Shown here piece by piece: positions 45,451 to 56,600 of a stretch of DNA of 64,000 nt. Location: positions 49,478,001 to 49,542,000 of the forward strand of contig NC_087437.1 of NCBI RefSeq assembly GCF_036321535.1. Reading direction: 5' to 3'. Every line of letters starts with the position of its first letter. Position 1 is the first letter of the stretch. The translations under genes were made by a program, and so were the position numbers. This DNA comes from Camelus dromedarius. Lineage: Eukaryota. The notes beneath the pieces were generated by a model, which did no database searches, had not been told where the DNA came from, and worked only from the letters and a program-made list of their open reading frames with translations.

Positions 45451-46819
45451 ACATATATGGAAAAGGGAAGCTAGTTATTAAAATACACTAATAGATAACG
45501 AGTCTTAAGTATTTAAAATATGACATGTTGTGCTTGTGTCTTGAAATGTTTAAAACGGGAAAATATAGAACCTAAAAAAAAAAAAAACCATCTGGAATGA
45601 AGATAAACTTGCACTGTGCTTCAACTGCCTTGCTACTTTGTAAAAGAAATCGTCGATATATTCATTTGGGTGCAAATAAAAAATTATAAATAGGGAACTA
45701 GAGCTTGTAGAGCTGAAGAGGACAAATCAATAAATGAATAAAATCTCTGAATTAACTTTATGTATTTTCAATAGTTTGAGATATCAAAAGCTCGGGAAAT
45801 AAAAATAATGTATGTAAATCATCAGTGATTCTTTTTCCTTCTTTTTCTTCTTCTTCTTTTTTTTTTCAGGATGGTACCCTGAAAAGTTTTATTTTCTCCA
45901 GGAAAGTAGAGTTCTCTTTGAGAGTTCTAGCCCGTGAACTAACCCCTTATGTAAATGTGGTCATCAAACAAGATGGAATTGCCAAGAGGGAAGATTTTGA
46001 ATGTTTCTTTTTCTTAAAACCCTTCACAGCATTCCTTCTTCCAGTGGTACTTTACTCACAGTTTCCCCCTTTTCCCCAGTGCTGTTGAAATGGCTCCAAA
46101 GCAACACTGCAGTAGCTAAACCAATTGTACTGTGAAGTTGTTCAGATGGCGTTTCATTTATATCCTTTGTAAAAGTTAGACTTTAAGCAGGAGTGAATGT
46201 CTTTTGAGGGGAGGGGACAGGGAGAGTGGAAGAAGACTGGGAGGGGACTGAGCAGTTTATACACATATATACTCTTTGTGTTTGAAGGCCTCTGTGTCTT
46301 GGCTTCTCACTATGTTAAATCCCTATTATAAAACTTATCTTCACAAAGCCTATTATAGTATTCTGAGAACAAATTGGACCATGAATAACTTAGTTGGAAG
46401 TGTAGATTATTTTCTACTCAGGGAAAGTTAGAGATGACAACAGCTTAGCTAAAAGAATAGAGATTAATCTTAAATAGATGGATTTCAAAGTTTCACTCTT
46501 GATAAAGAGTACCTTTGATATTTCACCTCTTCAGACTCATGTTTCCACTTTCTTTGTATTAATAATTGTCCTAGTGATTACACTGTCCACCTAATGCAGC
46601 ATGGCTCTAACTGGAGATCCTTTTCTTGCAGGTTGTTAATCTGTCTGAGAGGCGACCAGAGAGACACTCTACTTCCTATTGGTTAAATATATGCTTCCGA
46701 AATGGTACCCGTGCTCAGACATCAAACTCACTGTTAAGAATGATATCTTATGTAAATCATAATTTCTCAACTAAATAAGATTATTTCTTAAAAGCAACTT
46801 AAATTTGTTTAATGCCCTA

Positions 46820-47000
46820 TAGTTTACAAAGCATGTTTCAGTTCATAATTTTGTTTGATCCTTAGAATAATGCCATGAAATAGATAAATATCATTAATCC
46901 CATTTTACCAAGGAGGCAGCTGAATCATTTGACACTGTAATTCTGCTAATAAATAGAACTGTGATACCAACTCAGATTTTATAAATTCTATTTCAAGTGA
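46820..47000 (-). mobile_element. MIR fragment
   Basis: TTTGATCCTTAGAATAATGCCATGAAATAG...ATCCCATTTTACCAAGGAGGCAGCTGA (MIR core, reverse). Confidence 0.6.
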
Positions 47001-47431
47001 TTTATCTATAGCAATAGACTTTTTACTTATTTTTGTGTTCTATGTCCCTGAAAATCAAGATTTTGTATTAAAGAGCAAAGTTTCTACAAACGGATAAAAA
47101 AGTTAAAAGACCCGATCTAAAAATTCTATTCACTTAGATTTTGCTAATTATTGTTTTCCTTTGTGTGTGTGTACCTATCTGTCTATCCATCTATCTGTCA
47201 ATGGTCTTTCAGAGTTGAAGGTCTTAATTTCTAAAAGTCAAACATGGGCAGCCCTATATAAATTACATAACTAACTAGAATTTTTTTAATGTGTATGAAA
47301 ACCATAGATTACATATTTCAAAATAAAATATAATAATCCTCTTTTAGAAACAGGTTCTGCATATTAAGTGATTATTTGAGAGCCTGCTGTTGATTAAGTT
47401 CTACTATAGGTGAGATTTACCTTCTAGTGTT

Positions 47432-47760
47432 TATTTTTTTTAAGCTCTATGAGATTGACAAATGAAATTGTAAGATATTTAAAATGTACATTGTGATGAT
47501 TTGATTCAAGCACATATTGTGAAAGGATTCCTTCCATCTAGTTAATTAACACATCCATCACTTTATGTATTTATCTTCTTCTTTTTTTTTTTTTTTTTGA
47601 GGAAAACACTTAAGTTCTACTCTCTTACCAAATTTCAGTTATTCAATACAGTGTTATCAACTATAGTCACCATATTGTACATTAAACTCTCAGACCTTAT
47701 TTATCTTATAGCTGAAAGTTTGCACTCTTTTCGCAACCTCTCCCTAATTCCCTTACTCTC
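47432..47760 (-). mobile_element. L1MA-type LINE-1 3' end fragment
   Basis: Typical old L1 3'UTR on the minus strand: ATTGACAAATGAAATTGTAAGATATTTAAAATGTACATTGTGATGATTTG...GTTAATTAACACATCCATCAC...CTATAGTCACCATATTGTACATT...CTTATAGCTGAAAGTTTG. Confidence 0.8.
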
Positions 47761-48545
47761 CAGGGCTGCCCTCCTAGCGTTAATAGACTGGTGTCTTTTG
47801 ACATCTTAGCAAGTCTGGATAAACAAAGCTGTGTAGGACTACTTTTTGTTTCTCTTCACTTTTTGTTCTCCATGTTAAAAAAAAGTTTACAAAATACTCT
47901 AGAAACAATAAATAAAATGTTTAGTTAACCTGATATTGATGTAACCTACCTAAACATACAGAAATCAAGAAATACAAAAGGATAACACCATGTGATTCTA
48001 ATTAGGTTTTTAATCATATTGTTTTAATCATGTAATGTAGGTGTGTGTATGTTAATATAAAATTATTATTTTATTTCTTAAATTGTGTACACTTAAATTA
48101 GTCACTTTATGTATACTCAAATTAAGGCTTTTGCCCCTGAACTATGCTTGCAGCCAAACAAATCTAGTCAAGCTTTTTAGGATTAGAAAAAAATGAAAAA
48201 GGGTCCATAAAAGGAAAAGCAACTGTTCAGGTTGAATGCTGCATACACTATATCAATAATAACATTCATTATAACCTTCCTTGTGCCGAGGGTTTTCAAT
48301 TAAAATGTAACATTAGACTGAGGAGTGTATCATTTTGATTTGGAAACATATGCTCAAGCCCCCAAGTTCAAACTTCTAGAGTCTTCTCTTCTGTTTGCAA
48401 ATTAAGAAATGGAAAAATAAAGACTCTCATGTTAACATTGATATGTTCATTAGATGCTCTTTGAAATTTTTAAGTTTTATATATTACCAATCTCATTCAT
48501 TTTGCTTATGTCTGTCTCTAACAGCTGCCACTGTCCAAAACAGAG

Positions 48546-48674
48546 TTTTTCCTCCCTTTCTTCCTTCCCCACTTCCTCCTTTTCCTCCTTCCTTTCCTTC
48601 TTTCTTTCTTCTTTTCTTCTCTCCCCTACCTCTTTCCCTCCTTTCTTCTCTCTTTTCCTCCCTCCCTTCTTCTT
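48546..48674. repeat. Long pyrimidine-rich (CT/TTCC) low-complexity tract
   Basis: About 130 nt almost entirely C/T. Confidence 0.9.
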
Positions 48675-48977
48675 GTGTTAATCATCAGTTTTTAGGTGGT
48701 TGTGTTTTAAAATGTAGGGCAGCTTGGGTTAAGGGACTTATCTATACAATGTATTATGCCAAACTGATAACTAAAGCACAACACAGCACTCACTAGAGTT
48801 AAACGTTCAAGTCAAAGAACCCTAAGTACAATATGAAGAGTTCTCTGACAACCAAAATCCAACCTCGGGATCAACTTTTAATGTTATGGATTCTGGCAAG
48901 GTCCCTCTTGCTGTCTTTATAGTATTTCTAAGTCATCTAAGCTACTGGTTAGTATTCATGTAAAATTCTCATGTTGC

Positions 48978-49042
48978 AAAGGAGAAAGAAGGTGGAGGAG
49001 GAAGAAGGAGGAGCAGGAAGAAGAAGAAGAGGAGGAGGAGAG
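48978..49042. repeat. Purine-rich (GAA/GAG)n tract
   Basis: GGAGAAAGAAGGTGGAGGAGGAAGAAGGAGGAGCAGGAAGAAGAAGAAGAGGAGGAGGAG. Confidence 0.85.
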
Positions 49043-50038
49043 TTATTTGAGGAATCTGAAAAGAAATTTTGTCAATTGCCACATAAAATGTTTATGTAAG
49101 TACACAGAAGCACCATACTAGCATCAGAAAGCATAAAGATCGGAGAGTCCTCATTTTCCCCTGCCCAATATATTGTAATATCAAAGACATGTTTTCTTTT
49201 CTCTCTCTTTCTCTCTGTCTTTCTCTCTCTGTCTCCTGAAGCTGTTATCAATCTGGACAAAGTAATCTAATTTTTGAAAAATAGGATTTTATTTTACAAT
49301 TTTTTTTCCTAATGAGGTTTTTAAGCAAGTCAACTAGGGATAAAAATGTTCTGTATTTGTCTGAAAGGAATATTATATATCTATATAGTAGAAAATCACA
49401 ATGTATAGTGAAAAATTCAGTTAATTATTTGGGTATTAATTTCTATAATATCAGATTTTTTTTTCTATCTCTCAATATTGTGAATATATCTAGTATACTT
49501 GAGTGCTAGTAGATAGATACAGTTCCTGATTATGGAATAATTTACTGAGAAACCTGTCTGTGTTGAGTACTGTTGGGTGCCTCCTATCCATTGAGTAAGC
49601 ATAATTGAGGGAGTAGGGATTAGAATTTTAAAATATAGAAAAACGCAAGATTTGAGACCAGCTATCCAGGAAAGAGAAATTGGCATGTGCACAAGGGTCT
49701 CTTCAGAAGAAGTTATGGTAAAAGTATAAACAAACAGCTATGAAAATGTGGAGTAGCCTGGAGAAGCATGATGGAGAACATGGGCCTTGACGAGTGGGTA
49801 GACAGATATGGAGCCATATTCGAAGAGGAGGGGAAAGGTGGAGAAGGGAAATTCTACAGTGTTCCATAGAAAGTTATTTAGTGGATTTAAAATAAAGTTT
49901 CTAGAATAACACAAAGTGAGGCTGAGTCTTATCTATTTTAATGGGCCATTCTATACTTTCTTCATTGAGGAAATACTGTCATTGTAAGTGCCATGGCAAC
50001 CTTTTACTGGTAACGAAAACATTTATTTTAAAGAGAGA

Positions 50039-50195
50039 GGGGGAGGGTATATAGCTCAAGTGGCAGAGCACATGCTTAGCGTGCAGGAGGTCCTGGGTTC
50101 AATCCCCAGTATCTCCTCTAAAAAGAAAGAAACCTAATTACTCCCCCCACCACTAAAATTAAATAATGTAAGAATAAATAAATTTTAAAAAATTA
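50039..50195 (+). mobile_element. tRNA-Ala-derived SINE (Vic-1-like)
   Basis: GGGGGAGGGTATATAGCTCAAGTGGCAGAGCACATGCTTAGC...GGTTCAATCCCCAG (A/B boxes), then AACCTAATTACTCCCCCC and an A-rich tail. Confidence 0.9.
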
Positions 50196-51053
50196 AAAAG
50201 AGTTAAAATTCAGTGATAAGGAATGCATGTGAGGAATCTAGTGCTTCTTACACTAACTTATTCCTGACTCTGGGTGCCTCTGTGTTCCTCAGTATCTTCA
50301 CCTGGATATCTATTTCTCATATTTGTGAAATAACATTTCAAATGTTAAGCTGAGGACTTATGGAAAATCAATCATTCTCTTTCAAAGATATTTTATGGGT
50401 CACTTCTTATGTGCCACTGGCTCCCAGAGTTCCATTACAGAGTTACAAATAAATACCATATCTTAAAAATGTATTTTTGAAGTGAATGAATCTTCAGCTT
50501 AAGAGAAGAAAAAACTCATTTTAAAACTTCCAATTGGATAAAGCACTGGTTAATTGTCCAGAATCATACATTTAATTCAATTTAACTTTGCTCTTCTATG
50601 TAGTCTCAATCTATTGCTCTGCCCTAATGGAAGTCTTTTACTTACAGGCTACCTTCTGTCAGCAAACAAAATTTTGAGTACTCATAAGGGACGAGGTAGG
50701 TGCTATTAAAAGAAAAAGGTGTTGCAATGAAAAGAAATAGGTCTCATACCCTCAAAGATACCCTGCCCTCAAAGATATGAACAATATTCATATTTAAGGC
50801 CCCACCCAAAGTAGATTATTGATGCTGCTTTCAGTACCCACTTAAGAACCACTTGTTTGTAAAGCTTTTCCTTTATGATTACTGCAGATGTATATCAGAT
50901 ATCCCCAGCACTATTCTTCTAAACTTGACTATGACACTGTAAATAATACAAAAGTTTATAGAAGCAGAAGTGAAAGTGATGTGTAGAATTAAAAAGTGAA
51001 AATGCCCTTCGTTACTTCTCCAAATGTGTGTATCCTTCCGGGTCTCAGAAAGG

Positions 51054-51145
51054 TGGATGGATGGATGGATGGATGGATGGAAAGACAGGCAGATAGATGA
51101 TAATCGATAGATTGATAGCTAGATAGACAGGAAGATAGACAGATA
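51054..51145. repeat. (TGGA)n followed by degenerate (GATA)n
   Basis: (TGGA)7 at 51054-51081, then AGAT/AGAC-type units. Confidence 0.9.
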
Positions 51146-51370
51146 ATAGTGAAGAACATAGACTGGACCTAGACAGTCAAGGTTTGGGTCCCAGCTCTGC
51201 TATTTACCACATGCAGGATTTCAGTTTACTCATCTGTAAAAGTAGGGATGACAACAGTACTATTGTATTGAGTTATTATAAGGATTAAGTAAGCTTATAT
51301 ATAAACTTCTTGGAGCAATGCTTGGCACGCAGTAAGCATTTTATAAGGGTTAACTACTCCTATTATTATG
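51146..51370 (+). mobile_element. MIR
   Basis: GGTTTGGGTCCCAGCTCTGCTATTTAC...TCAGTTTACTCATCTGTAAAAGTAGGGATGACAACAGTA...GCTTGGCACGCAGTAAGCA. Confidence 0.8.
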
Positions 51371-51399
51371 AATACACATATATACTAAATTCTTTTTTA

Positions 51400-51620
51400 A
51401 ACAAATGAGATTTTATTATGTGTTTTTTCTGACTTGATAATATGTCAGGGAGAACATTCTTATACCACAGATTGATCTATTTCACTTTTTGTAACTGCTG
51501 CCTAATACCCCACAGGAGGGCTGGATCAGAATTTCTTTAACCATTCGCCTGTTGATGGTCATTTAGATTGTCTCCGGGTATTTCTGCTTCAAAGCAGTTG
51601 CTAATATCCTGTCCTTGAAT
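51400..51620 (-). mobile_element. Old L1M (L1ME/MC-like) fragment
   Basis: TTTTTGTAACTGCTGCCTAATACCCCAC...TTTAACCATTCGCCTGTTGATGGTCATTTAGATTGT. Confidence 0.65.
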
Positions 51621-51654
51621 ATAAAACAAGGGATGCAGAAGAGGCAGGCCAATA

Positions 51655-51800
51655 AGATAGCCCCATTTTATAAATGATCAAAATGAGGCTCAGAGAAGTT
51701 TAGTGAATTGCATAAGGTCAAATAGCTAATAAGTAACAGAGTTCAGAGGAGAACTAGTTTAACACAGTTTCACACTGTCTGACCTCAAATTTCACCATTT
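51655..51800 (-). mobile_element. MIR fragment
   Basis: CCCCATTTTATAAATGATCAAAATGAGGCTCAGAGAAGTTTAGTGAATTGCATAAGGTCAAATAGCTAATAAGT. Confidence 0.8.
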
Positions 51801-54800
51801 GACTTAGAATAGCTTCATAAATATAGTGCTTCTTATGTCACAATAAGACATTTATACTTTCTGAAATAAGCACCAGGCAACTACGAGTTAATGTGTTGCC
51901 AAAGTGCACGTGAGCAGAGAGATATAAGGGAATGTACTAAAAGACTCATTAAAGTAGTAAGCCTAGCAATGTCCTAGGCACTAATAAAAATACTAAAATT
52001 ATGACACCAATCTTAAATGCTTCAGTGGTTTGAAAGGAAGATACAGAAAACATGGCGGTGGGAGGGTAGTAGAGAGAATGACTTGCTATTTGACTGTTAG
52101 AAAGAATATTATTTGAAAAACTGCCACATTTATGTCTAGTCTCCCTGGACGGTACACCCTCCAGTAACCTTGGTCTGATCTCTTAGGACTGGGTACCCAT
52201 ACCTCCCATACCCAAATGCTATAAATTATCACACTCTACTAAATGATATTAATATAAAACTTCATTAACTACAAATGCATATAAGAACCAATCAAATTGA
52301 CTTTAAGTTATCATGGTCTTAGAACATGTCGTCCACAGTGAAGCCTCAGCCAAGTTTAGTCCTCCCTCTCAGACAAGAGACGATTGTGCAGTGACTTCAA
52401 CATGTGCACAGCTCATTGTGGAAATACCCTTACTAATAACCCACATTTCTATATAATTCTAGCAGTGTTTGGGATCACAGAACAGATGAAATTAAAAAAT
52501 ATATATATATATATATATAGGTATACTTTGTTGTTGCTGCTAGTCTTACTATACTGCCAACATTGGGAAAGTATGATGAAAAGACCACAAGGTTTAACTT
52601 CAGAATCTCATTCTCAGCGAGGTCATTCAGTGACTTCAGGACTGAGGCAAACGACTTCTCCAAGTGGAAATTTCCTTATATAAAACAGGGTGAGTGTATT
52701 TGTTTTGTTGGGAAATAGGTGAATTTATTTTGTTGATGTTTATCTGAAAGTTTGAAAAAGCCTTGGGGACACCAATTGTGATATTTTACTGCAATGAGAG
52801 CAACATTAAGATTTAGAAACTCAAAGGACAGACACAGTGTGACTTGTAGCAGAGAATGGGGGAAGAAAAAAAGGAAGCACTGTGACCATTTTCCAGATAC
52901 ACATATATATTTTACCTTCTTTTGTTTACCTTCTGTTTCTGCCTCTGTTTCTGAATTATGATAACATGTAAGAAGCTTACAAAAATACTTACCAAAATCG
53001 GTTGCACAAAATGCAACAATTTAACTCCTAATGACAGCCACCTTTAGCTATGAATGACATATAATAAATTACGTTTGAACTGGATTTTCAGCTGCAGATC
53101 CTTATTCTGCCACCCAGACAGCCCTATAAAGTTGCACTTGTGGCCTTAATCCCACTTGGATGGGTGCCCTGCTGCCTCTACTTTCCATCATTCTGGTGCT
53201 TTAGTCTTCTTGAATAAGTGAACAATCTTTGTTTCTGTACCTTATTAGGCCAAAGACCATAACAGCTAGTGATGGCATCGGCAAGCCCTGCGGGCAGGAT
53301 TCTCTGCAGACCCAGCCAACCTCCAACAAACCCCTTTTTATACTCCTGTTTCTAGGAAGAATTATGATGGCGGTGCCCTGCTGTTGATCAGTCAAATCTG
53401 TGGTAGGCCTAGAGATAAGTCCTGTAAGTGTGGTGTACTGTAAGACAGCGGCTCCCATTCATTAGTAGCTTGTGTGTAATAAACCACCGAAAAAGGGGGG
53501 GCTTGTAGGGGAGAGGCAGCTGCAGTGTGCATGAGCAAACAACGCATCTCATTCTTGGGAGCCAAAACTTTGTAATTTGCTACTGGGCAGCTTGCTCTCG
53601 CTGACATTCTTTCTGATAACATAGTAGTGCCCTATCTGTATTTATAGCTTGACTACTAACCCAAGAGATCCTACTGGGTGACTATGTATACATATTGTAA
53701 CAGATTGCTATAATTGTTATATATAATGTTTGGTAACTCTGTATACATAAATAACAGATTGTATAATTGTTAAGGAAGAGATGAAAAATAGTATCAAACT
53801 GCCTCTGGCAAACAAAATTACTGGATTCAAGAGAATTTTCCTGTACCAACTGACTACCTTAAAAACATTTATGTTAGCTGTGGTTTCATAGTACCCATTT
53901 TACAAGGATGACATTTCAAAAGATACCAGCTAAACTGCACACAGTAGGAAGATTTCCTGGGAATGAATTAGGTTTTCTTTGGCAATATATTTTTTTAGAC
54001 GGAAAAATGTTCATCAAACAGAAAGGTAGTGTGTGTGGGGGTGCTTGTCTTTTTAATCAAAAAAGTCTATGAAAGTGTAAACTAGATTTTATTTTTTGGT
54101 TGTTCCGTATCTAAGAAACACTGCTTTGCAGCAGGACTACAAATGACTCATCTGCCTGAACCAAAATGTAGGAGGTATTTTAATTGTGAAAAGAAGACAA
54201 TATACCTGTTGGGGAAGAAAAGGTAAAAAAAAACTCTCAAAAGCCCTTTCAATTCAGGAAAGGTTAACCTAATAAAAGGAAGATGCTTGAATTTGCTCAC
54301 GACTCCTTAATGGGAAAATGAAAAAATGCTGCAGTTTCTGTAATAAACTCTTTGTTTTTATATCCAAAGCAGGTGCATGGCATTATAATATCAACACTGC
54401 CCTAGTTCCTCCTCAGCCCCTCACTGCTCTTCCACGTGGGAATAGAAGACTGTACATTCTAGGCATTTTTTTTCTTTACCACATCGAGCTCAGGGTCAGG
54501 AGAGTGGCTATGGCAGAGTGGAAGGCATGCCAGTTGTTTTGGAATTCTTGCAGGTGTTTAAAAAGCAAAAGATTCTTTTCAGAGGCACATCTGCATTTGT
54601 CATATGCCATTTGTGCTAAAGCCTGTGGTGTTTTTGTTTGTTGGTTTGACGGATTGACATGTAATGGCCAGGACCGTTGGGCGGCTGCTCCCAACAAAGT
54701 CGTCCTGATAGCTGGAGTTCTCTAGACATCAACTGGCCCGAATTACCCATGATGTTTCTCTGCTCTTCAAAGGAAAATGCGTGGTCCTCGAGTACTTTTG

Positions 54801-55997
54801 GCTTTTTGTTTGCTTTTGCAATTCCTTTTTTTTTCTCTTTTCATTTCCTTGTTTTAAATTCTAAATTAAGATGAAATAGGGATTTTGATAGAATAATAAT
54901 ATCTAGAAAGAGTTCTCAAAACCACCCAATCCTTAACATTTACTTAGAAATGGTTAAAGAAATCTGTGGTATTTAAATAAATATTGGTCTATCATAAAAT
55001 TTTAAAAATTAACCGAGCATATCTGGGTCAGTGATCAGTAAGGGAACTTAATAGAGGTGAAATCTGCAACTTTTAAACTTTTTAACATTTTAAACACTAA
55101 AAATTATTTTTGAAATCTTTTCATCTTTTTTATATTAGTGAATAATATATCTGAATCTATACATAAGTGTGCGTCTTATCAACCATTTTACCACCAAGTC
55201 AAGTAAAGAGAGATATGTGAAAGCAAACTTTAGTATGCAGTCTTTTGTTGACAGAGCTAAACCAGAAATCCTTATTAATATTCTCCATACATAGGTAGTG
55301 TCTCACAGAATTAGGAGTTCACAGCTCATGCTTCAAGTATTAACTTTATTGCTGATGTCAGTTTCTGAATTCATTGTACTGTGGTCGGTCTTCACCTTGT
55401 CACCCGATTTGGAAAACATAAACTACAAAGGAATCCCAAGTGTTAATCAAGCAAGCTCAAAATGTCATAGACATGTTCCTAACACCCCTTTACATTTACT
55501 CCCTTGACCTAAACATTTCCTGGACATACATCTTCCCTCACCTACGTAATACCACTTTACTGGAAAGGGCCATTCCTCTGGACAGAGCATCTCATTCTGG
55601 GTATCTTATTTGTCAGTTTACTCTCAGCGCCACAGGCCTATCTGCATAATCAAGTTTCCATGGAGCCCCGAACTGGAAAAAGAGGAAAGGCAAAACAAAA
55701 CGAAATTCAGAACTGGCCAAGGGAGCCTAGAAACAGCACATCGCCATGGCTTGAGTGAGAGACTGTTAAAAACCCAAAGCCACTTGCTAAACTATAAAAT
55801 GGAAAAACGGCAGTTGTTTTTTCCTCTTATCCAAGTTAACTTCGGGATATTTGAAAAAAATTTTAATAACATTAATTTCACTTACTGACTTTTTTTTAAA
55901 ACTTTCTGAAATAAGAATTCCTTTCCTGTTACCTCAGCAGGGACTTGGTCTAAAGAAAGTAGGAATGAAATAAACTTAGGTCTTTACTGTTTGCAGT

Positions 55998-56177
55998 TAG
56001 GTTGCAAGATTTGGCAGATAAAAAAGCAGGACAGTCAGTTAAATTTGAATTTCAGATGAACAACAAATGATTTTTTAGTGCAATGTTGCCTGGGACATAG
56101 TTCAACTATTCTAAAAATATTTGTTGTTCATCTGATATTAAAATTTAAATGAGTGTCATTTTTAACTGGCAACCCTA
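55998..56177. mobile_element. MER53 (hAT-type palindromic MITE)
   Basis: Ends TAGGTTGCAAGAT...AACTGGCAACCCTA and internal inverted arms (CAGTTAAATTTGAATTTCAGAT...). Degenerate 8-bp TSD TTTGCAGT / TTTGTAGC. Confidence 0.85.
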
Positions 56178-56344
56178 TTTGTAGCAGAGCTTTATTAATG
56201 ACAGATTCACCATCAGAAACTTCATGGTTTAAAGGGCTTAGGTTGTTTTGTTTTGTTTTGTTTCAGTGAGGTTTTATTTTTCTGGGGTTCCTAATTTTTT
56301 TTTAAGACTTTCTGTTATGTATTTATTTAGAGTAATGAGATGAC

Positions 56345-56600
56345 TGATAGTAGCCATTATGATTGGGCACCTGCCCAAATACAATCAGGTGCTTTCCATT
56401 TATTATCTTATTTAATCCTCACAGCAACCAGAGGAGGCAGATGATGTTCTGCCCATTTTACAGATGAGAAAACGGAGGCCTGGAGACATGAAACCATTTT
56501 TCTTGAATTAGACGATTAACAAGTGGAAGAACTAAGATTGAAAACCAGGTCTGTGAGATTCCAGAGTTGGGACTCCTCCTCTTAGCTGCACTAGCTTATT
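56345..56600 (-). mobile_element. MIR
   Basis: TTATTTAATCCTCACAGCAACC...CCCATTTTACAGATGAGAAAACGGAGGC...AAGTGGAAGAACTAAGATTGAAAACCAGGTCTG. Confidence 0.8.

Noticed and set aside
54318..54725. 135-aa ATG-initiated ORF
   Set aside because: Cys/Phe/Trp-rich, random-looking peptide. The region is better explained as regulatory DNA.
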